Shown: positions 22,293 to 32,639 of the stretch, piece by piece
Position numbering within the stretch: the first letter of the stretch is position 1
Layout: each line of letters opens with the position of its first letter
From: a virus
Taxonomy: Duplodnaviria > Caudoviricetes
DNA: 64,000 nucleotides
Reading direction: 5' to 3' (one strand)
Virus record (IMG/VR): IMGVR_UViG_3300032312_000528
Location: 3,370-67,369 of that record
Program-made: the position numbers and the translations under genes
The notes under the pieces: model-generated
The model's database searches: none
What the model was told of the DNA's origin: nothing
The model's input: only the letters and a program-made list of their open reading frames with translations

Positions 22293-22937
22293 TTATTTTG
22301 TTGTTTGCATAGCTGTGGCATCGTCTGTGATATCCATAGCTTGTTTTCCTTGCATTAAACCTAAAGTTATCTGCATAATCTCAGCCTCTTTGCCTTCTGG
22401 TACTCCTATCTCGTCATCGCTCTCAAATTCATTAAACCTAAGAACTAATTTAGCCAATACTTGTTTCCAATGGCAGTCTATGTCACCAGAGTAGTAAATG
22501 TTTTGACCTTCTACTGTGTAGTAAATAAATCCGACCATTTGCCCTACGTCCAATCCGTCCATCAAGAACGTGTCTGTCTGCCACCTTGGGAAGAATGCTG
22601 ATGACTCCTCCTTTGCAGGGGACACCATTCTTATTCCGTTGTTGTTGGTTATAGACAATATTGATACAGGTAGCACAGAATAAAATCTATCTCTATTTGT
22701 GTCCTTTAAAATATCTAGGAAGTATGGCTTTGTTAGGGCATCGTACCTCCAAGAGTCTTTCCCCATCTCAGCTAGCATCTCCTGTGTTTGGGTTTGCTTT
22801 CTGTTTAATACAGTATCAAACGCTATAGACAGATACAACTCTATTTCTCTCTCGTGGTTTCTGCCACGGAGTTCTGCTGGAGCATCTCCGCCATCTACGT
22901 TTCTTTTTATTAGTTCAATCCACTGTGCTTTGGTCAT
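22293..22937 (-). CDS. Tail ring/tubular protein (214 aa)
   Basis: Synteny and size. Confidence 0.55.
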   Translation of the reverse strand: MTKAQWIELIKRNVDGGDAPAELRGRNHEREIELYLSIAFDTVLNRKQTQTQEMLAEMGKDSWRYDALTKPYFLDILKDTNRDRFYSVLPVSILSITNNNGIRMVSPAKEESSAFFPRWQTDTFLMDGLDVGQMVGFIYYTVEGQNIYYSGDIDCHWKQVLAKLVLRFNEFESDDEIGVPEGKEAEIMQITLGLMQGKQAMDITDDATAMQTTK

Positions 22938-22939
22938 AA

Positions 22940-23623
22940 TTATTGTCCTTTATCTTGTCTACTTGTAGCCAATTGTGTTATAGGAAAGTCTCTTAGGTTT
23001 TCACTAGCGTACTTGATTATTAAATTTGCAATATCAACGTGTGTGTCTTCCGGCCACTCTAACTGAATAGATCTGGCAGGATCGTACACATACTCGTCGT
23101 CTATTATAGTAGCTGCCCAGAATGGGGTTATTGGCAGGCGTAGGTATGTGAAGTCAACAGCTCCTAAGTCTATTGGGTAGAACTGTATGTAGTTGTTGTA
23201 AAACACTGCGACAGGATACTTCTTGTCTGGGAACACTATTGAGCTTTGCAATCTGTCCCCAATTACATCGTCGCTTAAAAACTCAACAGCTCTGCCCTGA
23301 TATCGGATAGAGCTAACGTGAATGTAATCCGATGGAATATCAGCATACCCGTTTACATCTATGGTCATCAATGGAGCATTCTTACCCCCCATAACAACCA
23401 AGAACTTTCTTAGATCGTCGATTATCTTTTGGGACACAGGGTAAGCCTGCCTTGGCAATGGCATCCCTGGGCGATACTCTTCTGGTAGGCCGTACTTTGT
23501 TTTGAAGTACTCTCTGTTAGCCCACGCCAAACACAGGTTGTACTCCTCTTGATTTAGAGTATTACCTGTCTGGTGTTTATTGAGCTCAAAGTTGGCCCAC
23601 TGTCTTATTTCTTCTACGTTCAT
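22940..23623 (-). CDS. Tail ring/adaptor protein (227 aa)
   Basis: MNVEEI..LNKHQTGNTLNQEEYNL..AN...YLRLPITP pattern typical of crAss-like ring proteins. Confidence 0.65.
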   Translation of the reverse strand: MNVEEIRQWANFELNKHQTGNTLNQEEYNLCLAWANREYFKTKYGLPEEYRPGMPLPRQAYPVSQKIIDDLRKFLVVMGGKNAPLMTIDVNGYADIPSDYIHVSSIRYQGRAVEFLSDDVIGDRLQSSIVFPDKKYPVAVFYNNYIQFYPIDLGAVDFTYLRLPITPFWAATIIDDEYVYDPARSIQLEWPEDTHVDIANLIIKYASENLRDFPITQLATSRQDKGQ

Positions 23624-25788
23624 TATACTAATACTACAGATATTGAATCAAATAAATATGTTCCAATTGGGGCACCAAGCGCAGTTGCTCCTGTGGCGTC
23701 AATATGAGACCGAATGTTTATTGTTTGTCCTATAGACTCAATAGAAGCTATTCCATGCAAATAAACTCCCCCTGGGGTTAGTATAGCTATTGGGAATAGC
23801 TTTCTGGTTGATACTACAACTCCAGTCAACACCGCAATAGGAGTCCCTGCAAGCACAGGCGCAGCAGAAGATATTGCACCACCAAGCTCTAATTTAGATG
23901 TAATAGGGTCGAATGACGAGAAAAAACTACTAAAGGTTGGTACGGAGTAAGTGAAACCTCCAAGAGCCGTGTAGCCTCCTGTGAAAGTTGGCATTGCCTG
24001 ATTTACCCATTCAGATCCGTTATATCTAAATCTATCTCCGATTGCAACACTTGTGATTGAGACATTTGTCAAACCATCTAAAGTTTCAATGGGGGCGTAA
24101 TCAATCCAGTTTGTTCCGTCCCACTTAATTGAATTTCCAACAGCTTTGCCCGTAGTGTCTACGTTAAATAAATTATCTAGCGTATTTGCTACGTTAATCC
24201 ACTTGCTTGTGCCGCTGTTCCATCTCAATATATCTTCGTTAGCAAGGCCTGTAAGAACAACATCGGTGCAGTTTGCTATAGATACAGTAGTGACTAGGTT
24301 TGCCTTAAACTTAAAACTTGTGGTAGCTAAATCATAATACAGAATAAACCCATCTGCAAGACTTGTGGTATTTACATCTCCTAATTGAGATAAATTTAAT
24401 TTGCTCCTAGTCCATTGTTGTGTAGTATTGTTCCAGTATAAAACTTGGTTAGCAGCTGGCGCGCCTGTCGTGTCTACATCGCTTAGTGCATTTATGCTTT
24501 TGGTTGCAAACAGTGTATTAAACTGAGAACTAAACCAAACTGTGCTAACGCCTATAGTAAAGGTTGTTTCGGTTGCGCCTGTTGGAGATGAGCTTATGGT
24601 CATTGACCCAGATCCATCTGACAGTAACACAATTGTGTTATAAGATGTCCCAGCAGTTCCGCAGCAACCAACAACTTGTTGAGGTGTATCGTTTGTACAA
24701 TCAGTGCAATCGCATCCGCACCCACAAGAGTTTGCTATGTCTGTAATTATTGTTAAGTTTTGTTCGTAGTCTGCCTCTCCGCACTGCTTCCCAATCATGT
24801 AGGCCATGTAAGCTGCTGATGCTTGAGATATATACTTTTGCATTTCTAAAGCCCTTTGAGGAGCACTAGTTAAATAAGCTGCATATCTATTGGCCATGTT
24901 TGTGATACATGAATATATTTGACATAATCCTTCATCGGAAGACACTAAGTGCTCTTTTACGCCTCTAATTGCGTCAGACACTGTCGACATTCCAAATGTA
25001 GTTATAAAGCTAGAGGTAAATACATCTGTCCATGTTCCTGTCCATATTGATGATATAACAAACGGATTAGCTGAACTTGTTAAATCCGCTTTAGCTGGAA
25101 CTATGCCTTTAGGATAGCTTAATACATGAGACCGTGTTGGGATGGTTGAGTTTTCTGGGTATACAGTAACGTCTTTTATGGTCATACTAGAGCAACACAA
25201 GTCTGTTATCCAGTTAAGACAAACGCTTGGCTGAACGTATGATATGTCTTGGGTGATAGTTCTTGTGAATGACTGGTCAACCGTAAAATTAAATAACTGA
25301 TTTACAATTGAAGGCAATACCGTTGTAACGGCAACTACTGTTAATCCAGTGGTAGGGTTATAAGTAGCAGGGGACGTCGGCAGTGTTATTGATGTTGAAC
25401 CATATTTAAAGGCTGTTGCAGTAATATTGTTTATTTGAGCTGCGTAGTCACCTTGGATTGATAGTGAGCTAGCTGTGTTGCTTACAATTGTGTAAGACTG
25501 TAACATTGCCACAAGTTTGGCCGTGTAGGTAAATGAGTATGTGCCAGTTAAAAATATTTTAGACGCAGTCCATGGGGCGCTAGCTTGTGCAGCAGACGTC
25601 CCGTTTGTTGTAGATATTATTTGTGTGCTAGGGAAAAAGTTTACCCCAGTGTTAATGGTGACGCCAACTGTCCCTTCGATACTACCAAAAGTTACACCAC
25701 TATAACTGGTGGTGTCTGTTATTGTAAATGTTTTTGCTGCATTATTAAATGCCGCTGTTATGTTTAGTTGTGAAGCTGAAAATGCCAT
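23623..25788 (-). CDS. Tail fibre/hub protein (721 aa) with Cys cluster and ~40-aa LSDV..L.YN..W repeats
   Basis: Thr/Ser-rich; SCGCGCDCTDC cluster; about five repeats such as LSDVDTT..NQVLYWNNTTQQW. Confidence 0.6.
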   Translation of the reverse strand: MAFSASQLNITAAFNNAAKTFTITDTTSYSGVTFGSIEGTVGVTINTGVNFFPSTQIISTTNGTSAAQASAPWTASKIFLTGTYSFTYTAKLVAMLQSYTIVSNTASSLSIQGDYAAQINNITATAFKYGSTSITLPTSPATYNPTTGLTVVAVTTVLPSIVNQLFNFTVDQSFTRTITQDISYVQPSVCLNWITDLCCSSMTIKDVTVYPENSTIPTRSHVLSYPKGIVPAKADLTSSANPFVISSIWTGTWTDVFTSSFITTFGMSTVSDAIRGVKEHLVSSDEGLCQIYSCITNMANRYAAYLTSAPQRALEMQKYISQASAAYMAYMIGKQCGEADYEQNLTIITDIANSCGCGCDCTDCTNDTPQQVVGCCGTAGTSYNTIVLLSDGSGSMTISSSPTGATETTFTIGVSTVWFSSQFNTLFATKSINALSDVDTTGAPAANQVLYWNNTTQQWTRSKLNLSQLGDVNTTSLADGFILYYDLATTSFKFKANLVTTVSIANCTDVVLTGLANEDILRWNSGTSKWINVANTLDNLFNVDTTGKAVGNSIKWDGTNWIDYAPIETLDGLTNVSITSVAIGDRFRYNGSEWVNQAMPTFTGGYTALGGFTYSVPTFSSFFSSFDPITSKLELGGAISSAAPVLAGTPIAVLTGVVVSTRKLFPIAILTPGGVYLHGIASIESIGQTINIRSHIDATGATALGAPIGTYLFDSISVVLV

Positions 25789-25807
25789 GTCGTTTGTTAC
25801 TTGGGAA

Positions 25808-25815
25808 CAAAGTTA
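25808..25815 (-). promoter_or_regulatory. -7 promoter element (TAACTTTG) for the tail genes
   Basis: Consensus match 19 nt upstream of ATG 25788. Confidence 0.6.
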
Positions 25816-25843
25816 GCATTTTTAGGAATACGTTGTTATTTGT

Positions 25844-26281
25844 TTATCGCCGTTTGGTTAAGGACATAAGTAAATATCCTACTGACAGAGTGAATATTAT
25901 CCCCACCCAAAATCCGTACTTGCTAGTATCCCACCATTTCCTATTGTCACTAGGAGGCATTACCTTTACCTGTGGAACATCGTGGACAACTATTGTGTCG
26001 GACTTTTTAATAGTTTGTCTGATTGTTTTTTCTTTCCACTTTACAATTGTTCTAACCGTATCCTTGCCGGTCACAACATTAAACGTGTCGATCAAGGTTA
26101 TGCTGTCAGACTTAAACACAGTGTCGATCTCGTAACCCTTGATAGTGTCTCTGATTACTAATGTGTCATTCTTTAGAAACCCGTGCTCGTAGCACCACTT
26201 TAACTTTCTGTTACCCTGTCTTTGAATTGAGCAGCTGGCCAATAAAATTAAACACAGCGCTATGTATATTGTTTTTTTCAT
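25844..26281 (-). CDS. Unimolecular spanin-like lipoprotein (145 aa)
   Basis: N-terminal lipobox (LILLASC) plus C-terminal transmembrane helix and basic tail (TKRR); end of the lysis cassette. Confidence 0.65.
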   Translation of the reverse strand: MKKTIYIALCLILLASCSIQRQGNRKLKWCYEHGFLKNDTLVIRDTIKGYEIDTVFKSDSITLIDTFNVVTGKDTVRTIVKWKEKTIRQTIKKSDTIVVHDVPQVKVMPPSDNRKWWDTSKYGFWVGIIFTLSVGYLLMSLTKRR

Positions 26282-26282
26282 G

Positions 26283-26528
26283 TTATTTTTCTCTTTCTTT
26301 AATTATTCTTTCCATCATTGCCTTGAACTCAGTGTATGGCATCATTGATATGTGCTCAATGCCTCCTGAATAAAAAGACGTGTACTCCAAGCCATCGTAA
26401 TCCGTGTATATGCCAAAGTTGTCAATAGTCAGGAATGTCCTTGTGGACACATCGCATCCAGACATAAGGTACATATCCTCGCTATCTAGTTGAGCATCGG
26501 TCAATATTAATACATCTAATTCTAGCAT
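26283..26528 (-). CDS. Hypothetical protein (81 aa)
   Basis: ORF coupled to both neighbours. Confidence 0.6.
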   Translation of the reverse strand: MLELDVLILTDAQLDSEDMYLMSGCDVSTRTFLTIDNFGIYTDYDGLEYTSFYSGGIEHISMMPYTEFKAMMERIIKEREK

Positions 26529-27529
26529 CAGTAAACCTCCTTTGTAATGTAATCAATTCTTTTATTGTGAACTTTGTAGTTTTTGTTTTCCTTTATCTCA
26601 ACGTGGGCAAACCCTAGATTATGCTTACAATTAAATGGATCATATCCAGGCGCTAACGTACACAGGCATCCTGTTGAGTAGCAAGTTACCAGTTGGTGGT
26701 CTAACGTGCTCTCAGAGTGCTCGCTGGTTGTGTGACAGTGTCCTATCATCATGGACGACTTTAGCTTATTGTAAACTCCCTTAGCAGGGTTGACTGGGGA
26801 GAAGAATCCCTTAACAATCATATGTCCGTGAGAGATTGGTAGCTTGCCTGCCACTAGTATCTCGTCCTCGTTCATCCAGGTAATGTGCTTCTCTCTAAGT
26901 TTTAATCTTGATGACATTGTGTAGTATGCATCGTGGTACAACAATGGGGCAGCCTTCATTAGATACCTTTTGTACCAAGCGTCGTGGTTACCCTCTAGCC
27001 AGTACACAGGAACTTTAAATACCCTCATGAGCATATCTAGAAACTCTTCAACCATCTCAAACCACTCCCTCACTTCTGACAATATTGGCGGTGGCGCAAG
27101 GTGTGACGTGAACGGCTCGTTGTCCAAGATATCCCCATTCAGTACAATACAGTCTACTTTACTGTCCAGTCCGTACTGGAGGGCTGCCTCTAGAGCCTCT
27201 GGGTCGTGGTTAGGGAAGTGGATATCGCTTAGCACAAGAACACTTCTTATACCGTCTGGCAGGTGCACAAACTTTCTAATAGAGCCCCTTGTTCTAGGTA
27301 TGCCAAACGGGTTTTCCCTGGTGGCGTCACTTTCGTGTTCTATCTTTCCCTTAATATTCACAGAGTCTGTCGTGTAGTGCACGATGAGTTTTCTTGCGTT
27401 CTCTACAGATGTAAATAGAGCAGGATAGTTCTCGTGCAGGTACGCGCCTATAGATCTTTTGCTTGCTGTTGGAAACTTTTCTAAAGCTTCAATTACAAGT
27501 AATCCTTTTTTTGATGTTTTTGCACTCAT
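26528..27529 (-). CDS. Calcineurin-like metallophosphoesterase (333 aa)
   Basis: SDIHFP, GDILD, GNHD, HGH and GHCH motifs. Confidence 0.9.
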   Translation of the reverse strand: MSAKTSKKGLLVIEALEKFPTASKRSIGAYLHENYPALFTSVENARKLIVHYTTDSVNIKGKIEHESDATRENPFGIPRTRGSIRKFVHLPDGIRSVLVLSDIHFPNHDPEALEAALQYGLDSKVDCIVLNGDILDNEPFTSHLAPPPILSEVREWFEMVEEFLDMLMRVFKVPVYWLEGNHDAWYKRYLMKAAPLLYHDAYYTMSSRLKLREKHITWMNEDEILVAGKLPISHGHMIVKGFFSPVNPAKGVYNKLKSSMMIGHCHTTSEHSESTLDHQLVTCYSTGCLCTLAPGYDPFNCKHNLGFAHVEIKENKNYKVHNKRIDYITKEVY

Positions 27530-28116
27530 ATTGCTAAATTTGTTTTTTTAATGCCGAAGTTTTTGTAGTTGTTTGCCCTTCTGCTTTCCCTAAATTTGAA
27601 AACCTTTTCGTCATTAATTACATATCCCTTACAATATCTTTGCGTTCCTGCTATTGTTCTCTTTATATCACACGGCGATACGCTTAAAAACTTTGCGCAC
27701 TCACTAATGCTGTTAAAGCTTCTAAAATAAGAACTATCTAAATTAAATAGATAAACCTTTTTGCCTTTTCTTAGTGTTTTCATTTTTTCAATAGTTTGAT
27801 CAGAATGTTCATACATTGAGTTACCTCCTGTGGTTTTGTTGTATCCAAAAGAAGAGTTATTAGACGAGTATTCGCAAATGTAATGTCGCTCCATTTCGTT
27901 TAATTGCTCAATAGGGTATTTCCCTAAATCATAAAACAAGAAATTGTCAATGCCATATTCTATATAATCGGTCAGCAATGATTTATTTATGTGACGGCCT
28001 TTTTTAAGCTCTGTCTTGTGCTTACTTAATCTTTCTGAAGTATTTTTTGATTGTCCTATGTATTTCTTCCCATTGACAATAGACTCAATGCAATATATTC
28101 CTGATTTAATTTTCAT
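27526..28116 (-). mobile_element. GIY-YIG homing endonuclease gene with NUMOD-like C-terminus
   Basis: SGIYCI...KKYIGQS motif; KKVYLFNLD..RSFNSISECAKFL (NUMOD1-like); 4-nt overlaps with both neighbours. Confidence 0.9.
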
Positions 28117-28604
28117 ATAGCAACATATCCATTAGGTTTAGGTTTGGATTGCAACTGTTTTACAGAGTACCCAAAAGTCTTTTGAAAATGTGGCATATCA
28201 ACAAATTTCCAATCACCAGCCCATTCCCATCCGTGAAGTTTAAATATCTTAACGACCTCCATCCAGTCAGACTGACCGTCACCATCAAAGTCTACATTAG
28301 TCTGCCAAGACGCAGTCTCAAATGTTCCGTCTCCGTTCTTGTCTACCAATAGCACAATATCTATTGCTAATCCGAAATTGTGCAGGCTTTCGCCTCCGCG
28401 AGCGTTTGTAACTATCTTGCCTGGCTTTGATCTACCTATGGCGTATAGTGCATTTTGTTCTGCATCAGTTCTTAGGGTATACGCAAATCGACAAATAGCT
28501 CTACCTTTTAGGTTGTTATTTATCTCGAAGTATATCGCCTTAGCCTCGTCTCTTAGCTTTGGATGCAATTTGGCGATTCTGTCTAGGGTTACTTGATCTA
28601 TCAT
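28113..28604 (-). CDS. Endolysin, M15 L-Ala-D-Glu peptidase family
   Basis: LRTDAEQNALYAIGR, TNARGGESLHNFGLAIDI, DMPHFQ. Confidence 0.9.
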   Translation of the reverse strand: MIDQVTLDRIAKLHPKLRDEAKAIYFEINNNLKGRAICRFAYTLRTDAEQNALYAIGRSKPGKIVTNARGGESLHNFGLAIDIVLLVDKNGDGTFETASWQTNVDFDGDGQSDWMEVVKIFKLHGWEWAGDWKFVDMPHFQKTFGYSVKQLQSKPKPNGYVAI

Positions 28605-28870
28605 AGTTTAATTTTGTCTGTTATTTCTGGCTTTATTGGTTCTGGCTCAGACTTTCTGCCTGTTGCCAACTGTTTCATTAAGTATGCAGCTGTTGCAATT
28701 CCTGCAACCTTTAACATTTGAACGTAGTCAATTTCATAGTGTAAGTTTGACATCCAGTAGTTGTACACCTGCATAGCAACGTCACTGGCGGCAGATAAGA
28801 AAAACATTACAGCTCCCTTAAAAATGTCGTACCAGTTTAAGGTTAAGAATTTTGAGATTTCCTTTTTCAT
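28601..28870 (-). CDS. Holin-like membrane protein (89 aa)
   Basis: Two hydrophobic helices and charged C-tail, directly upstream of the endolysin; start at ATG 28870, 4 nt after TATCTTTG. Confidence 0.6.
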   Translation of the reverse strand: MKKEISKFLTLNWYDIFKGAVMFFLSAASDVAMQVYNYWMSNLHYEIDYVQMLKVAGIATAAYLMKQLATGRKSEPEPIKPEITDKIKL

Positions 28871-28913
28871 TAGGCAAAGATAATTATTAACATCTTTGGT
28901 TGTTAGAAATGAA

Positions 28914-28939
28914 GAAGCCCCTGCTTTCACAGAGGCCTC
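28914..28939 (-). terminator. Intrinsic terminator with GAAA tetraloop
   Basis: GAGGCCUCUGU-GAAA-GCAGGGGCUUC followed by a U-rich run. Confidence 0.65.
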
Positions 28940-28968
28940 CACCCAATTATGAACCAACTCTTAAAATA

Positions 28969-29907
28969 TTACGCAATTTCTAGTCTAGTCTTGAGGTCTT
29001 CTAAGAACTCAGGATTCGATCCTTCTAGGTATACATATAGTGCACCCTTTGGATCCTTTTCGCCTTGCTTGTAGGTAAAGATTGGCTTGTCTTCTGGATT
29101 GCCGTCTGGGCCTATCATGAAGAAACCTTTCTTCATTGAGTCTTGGCATATAATGTTGCTTTCGATTGCATCTGCAATGACACCTCTTCTTTCGGAGATA
29201 ACTTCTTTGGGAGCACTGTTCTTGTCAGTAAGCCTTAAGAAGATGTCCATGTTAGCAGGATTCATTTGAATCATCTTATCAATAATTAATTTGATTTCAT
29301 CAATGTCCATTGAGTCAACATTAGGAACCATAAAGTTTTTAGCAACTAATCTAATGGTAGCTTCAGCAACTCCACCGTCGGCTAAGCTATTCCAAAGTCT
29401 AGCATTTGCTGTAGATGCAATAGCTTTTCTAATAACCGCCTCTCTTCTTTCGCCTTCTAAGTTTTCTATTTCAAAGAACGCCGATGCGCTATCTTTGTAT
29501 TCTGGCTTTGTGTGAATTTGATCCGAAAATCTCCACAAGTAATAGGCAAGATCAACATCATTGACAGCTAAACTTCCGCCAACAACTTGAGTCCCATTAT
29601 CTAAAAACTTCATGCCTCCACCGTTTTGTTGTGGTATCCCAGCAGACTTAGAGTATCTTACTTCTGCCATCTGGCCATCGTAGTAAGTGTTAGTGATAAA
29701 ACTAAGCTTCAAACTTCTAGGCATCATTAATTTTCCTGGATTGTCTGTGTCTTTTTGAATGTAGCGAGGAGCGTATTTAAGAATTATTGGCTTAATAATC
29801 CTACCCGTCTCATCTAAATGTTTTGCAAATAAGCTTTGAAATTTCTTTAAGCTTTCTTTGTCTTCTGTTTTTGTTCTTTTGAATAACTCGTTGTTTATAT
29901 ATATCAT
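28969..29907 (-). CDS. Conserved protein downstream of the major capsid gene (crAss gene-75-like, 312 aa)
   Basis: Synteny portal-scaffold-MCP-this gene, as in crAss-like phages. Confidence 0.55.
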   Translation of the reverse strand: MIYINNELFKRTKTEDKESLKKFQSLFAKHLDETGRIIKPIILKYAPRYIQKDTDNPGKLMMPRSLKLSFITNTYYDGQMAEVRYSKSAGIPQQNGGGMKFLDNGTQVVGGSLAVNDVDLAYYLWRFSDQIHTKPEYKDSASAFFEIENLEGERREAVIRKAIASTANARLWNSLADGGVAEATIRLVAKNFMVPNVDSMDIDEIKLIIDKMIQMNPANMDIFLRLTDKNSAPKEVISERRGVIADAIESNIICQDSMKKGFFMIGPDGNPEDKPIFTYKQGEKDPKGALYVYLEGSNPEFLEDLKTRLEIA

Positions 29908-29931
29908 AACTATTTTGTTTGAAAAATAAAA

Positions 29932-29962
29932 TGATGCGAGACCTTTTAATAATCTCGCATCA
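29932..29962 (-). terminator. Terminator after the major capsid gene
   Basis: Perfect 10-bp stem TGATGCGAGA/TCTCGCATCA plus U-run on the minus strand. Confidence 0.85.
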
Positions 29963-29975
29963 CTTAATATGTTAA

Positions 29976-31379
29976 TTATACAGTTTTAACCAAGATCATT
30001 TGGTTAGCACCCATAATGTGAGCACCCATGTCAGTTCTGATGAACGATTTGTTTACGTCTACAGAACTTACCTTCATACCAGGACCAGCACCATTAACTG
30101 ACCATACCTCCATTTTACGAGAGTATCCGTTCAAGTTTTTGTAGCGAGCTCCGATGTTGTCAAGCATTTTACCAGATTTAGCATCTTTAACTTTGTTCAT
30201 TGGTAAGAATACACCATAACCGTCAGTTACAGAGTTAGCGATACCAAATGTTTGTCTGTTAGAGAACTCCATCATACGCTTGAACATGAATGTTCTTTGT
30301 GATTTCTTCAAGTAGTTGAAGTCAATAGAGATTGATTTACCGTCTACACCGAATCTGCTACCTAATTGTTGTTCAATTTCGTAGATGATGTTAGTGTTAG
30401 CCAAGTAAGCAACCATTGTGTTTTCGATTTCATCGCTGAAAGACTTAGAGGTTAAACCTAATACATAGTCACCAGCATATTCTCTGTCCAAGATACGACC
30501 ATAAGCATCGAAATCAGTTACTGAGAATGCACCAGGAGTATAAGTTTCAGTGTTACCTAAACTTCTGATAGTAGGGATTAAACCTTGAGTAGTATTGATT
30601 GGAAGACTTGTAGCAGTGTCGGTAATGTTATTGCTTGTTTCACCAAACAATAATGCACCAGATACTTGCTTGCCAATTCTCCATTCCATGTCCATCCAGT
30701 TCAAGTTGTACCAAGAGTTACCGCTAGCGATTTGCTCAGTACCATTAACACTACCTGGAACCTCTACCCAACCATCAAACCAAGTTTGGTTTGTTAGTTC
30801 AGTACCAGTTACAGCTAAAGTTTCTTTCATGATTTGAGTGTAGTTTGTACGCTTAGTAGCACCAGGAACAACACCTTTAGGTTGATCAGAACCTTCAGAG
30901 TGAGCGTTAGAGATGATAGAGATTTCTTCACCAGCTGCAACAGCAGGTATTACATCTGTTGTTTTTAATGGTTTAATTGACAATACAGTAGTGTAAGAAG
31001 GACCTCCACCTACAGTAACTGACATAATCATACCCAATTGACCGCCTTTAAAATAAACTATTTCAAACTGACGTGGGTAAGATTGACCACTGCCATTTAC
31101 ATCGGCAGCTGACAACGTAATGTTGACAGCTGCACCAGCAGCTCCAGCAGCAGTGCTAGCATCAGCATTGAAGGTCGGGTTTTTCAATTCGTTCTCATAG
31201 TGAGAGTACTGAGTAGCAGCCACTGGTTTAACGAATCCTAATTTTTCTAGGGTTAAGAACCATGATGATCCTTGATCGCCGTAGCGATTAAACATTTTTG
31301 ATAGAACGTCCGGTTTGTGAACGTCATAGGCAGATACAAAGTTACTTTGATATTGTGCCGCGATTTGAGCTAATGCCAT
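29976..31379 (-). CDS. Major capsid protein (crAss-like, 467 aa)
   Basis: KPDVLSKMFNRYGDQG..FL, NYTQIMKE and TQGLIP motifs; strongly biased codon usage; synteny. Confidence 0.9.
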   Translation of the reverse strand: MALAQIAAQYQSNFVSAYDVHKPDVLSKMFNRYGDQGSSWFLTLEKLGFVKPVAATQYSHYENELKNPTFNADASTAAGAAGAAVNITLSAADVNGSGQSYPRQFEIVYFKGGQLGMIMSVTVGGGPSYTTVLSIKPLKTTDVIPAVAAGEEISIISNAHSEGSDQPKGVVPGATKRTNYTQIMKETLAVTGTELTNQTWFDGWVEVPGSVNGTEQIASGNSWYNLNWMDMEWRIGKQVSGALLFGETSNNITDTATSLPINTTQGLIPTIRSLGNTETYTPGAFSVTDFDAYGRILDREYAGDYVLGLTSKSFSDEIENTMVAYLANTNIIYEIEQQLGSRFGVDGKSISIDFNYLKKSQRTFMFKRMMEFSNRQTFGIANSVTDGYGVFLPMNKVKDAKSGKMLDNIGARYKNLNGYSRKMEVWSVNGAGPGMKVSSVDVNKSFIRTDMGAHIMGANQMILVKTV

Positions 31380-31410
31380 TTTGAATTTTTAATTTAAGTT
31401 TTTTGAGATC

Positions 31411-32574
31411 TTAATTCCCGTTCATGTATCTTTCCCACTTCTCGGCAATTAAGTCGGAAGCAGTCTTATCTACTTTAGGGGCCGCAGGTGTCTCTACCCT
31501 TAGCTGTGAAGGATTAGTTATTTCCTTCTCCACCTGAAGCCTTACATTGCCTTCGGTTCTTGCAGCAATCTTGCTTAGCACCGTTGATAGGTTTTTCGCT
31601 AAGACTAAATTGTACTGTTCTGATACCGCTTCAACTAGGTTCTCCTGTGTCAACTCCAACCCGGAGCTTACAACTTTGTTTACTACTAGCTTGGCTTGTG
31701 CTTGTGCCTCTTCTGGTGTCAACTCTATATAGTCCACTGTCTCCATAATAGTTTGGCCATTCTTGTCTTTTCCCTTCGGTACTTGTACAGGTATTTTTCC
31801 AAATATTTTATCGACGTTTTGGTCAACGACATTTTCCCATTGCGCTTTGAGTTCTTGTCGTTGCTTAATAGATTCACTTACTGTTAGGACTGGGCCAGCT
31901 GTTTTAACTTTGCCCATAATGTCCTCGATTTCTTTTGTTGCTTGGGCAGCCTTACGGTCTAGTCTGAACTGTTCCATCTCTGCCTTCTCTTGAGCCTCTT
32001 CCAATTCTTCTCCGTAAAGATCATCGTCAACTTGAGTTTTATACTCACGTTTCATAGACTTTATTAAGATATCTTTTTTGTCAAGTAGTGACGGATCTTT
32101 TAAAATCTCTGCCAATACTAATGCCTCGATAGGATCTTTTACTTCAGCTGAGTCAAACTGTTTTACTTGTTTAATAAAGCTGGCGTCCTCAATTCCTGTC
32201 TGAGCTGCAAACGTGTTCATCTCCTCTAAAGTCTTAGAGTGGAACTTTGCAATTGATTGTCCCTTTAATTCCTCGAATTGAGTCTTGGCTTCTTGTAAGC
32301 TTGGCAACTCACTTAGGACTCCTTTAAAAGACTCTATCTCATCTAGTGAGGTAAAGTTCATCCCAAAGGTTTCGTTGATTGTCTGAAGCCTTGTGTCGTC
32401 CCCTGTAGGCGTAACAACTGGTTCTGTTGCAGCAGGTGGATCGTTACTGATTCTACCTGTTGGTTCTACTGGCTCAGTCGGTGTGACTGGCGCAATTGGC
32501 TCGCTAGGTGCGTCTGGACTGGCTGGTTCCAACGCGCTTAGGAAGTCTGCTTTTGCTTGATCAAATTCTCCCAT
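31411..32574 (-). CDS. Scaffold-like protein (387 aa)
   Basis: Acidic, Pro-rich N-terminus and coiled coil; between portal and MCP. Confidence 0.6.
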   Translation of the reverse strand: MGEFDQAKADFLSALEPASPDAPSEPIAPVTPTEPVEPTGRISNDPPAATEPVVTPTGDDTRLQTINETFGMNFTSLDEIESFKGVLSELPSLQEAKTQFEELKGQSIAKFHSKTLEEMNTFAAQTGIEDASFIKQVKQFDSAEVKDPIEALVLAEILKDPSLLDKKDILIKSMKREYKTQVDDDLYGEELEEAQEKAEMEQFRLDRKAAQATKEIEDIMGKVKTAGPVLTVSESIKQRQELKAQWENVVDQNVDKIFGKIPVQVPKGKDKNGQTIMETVDYIELTPEEAQAQAKLVVNKVVSSGLELTQENLVEAVSEQYNLVLAKNLSTVLSKIAARTEGNVRLQVEKEITNPSQLRVETPAAPKVDKTASDLIAEKWERYMNGN

Positions 32575-32639
32575 ACAATTGTAATATTCTGCAAAGTAAG
32601 AGAATTTATGTGTTACTTGTTACAATTTTGTGAAATAAG

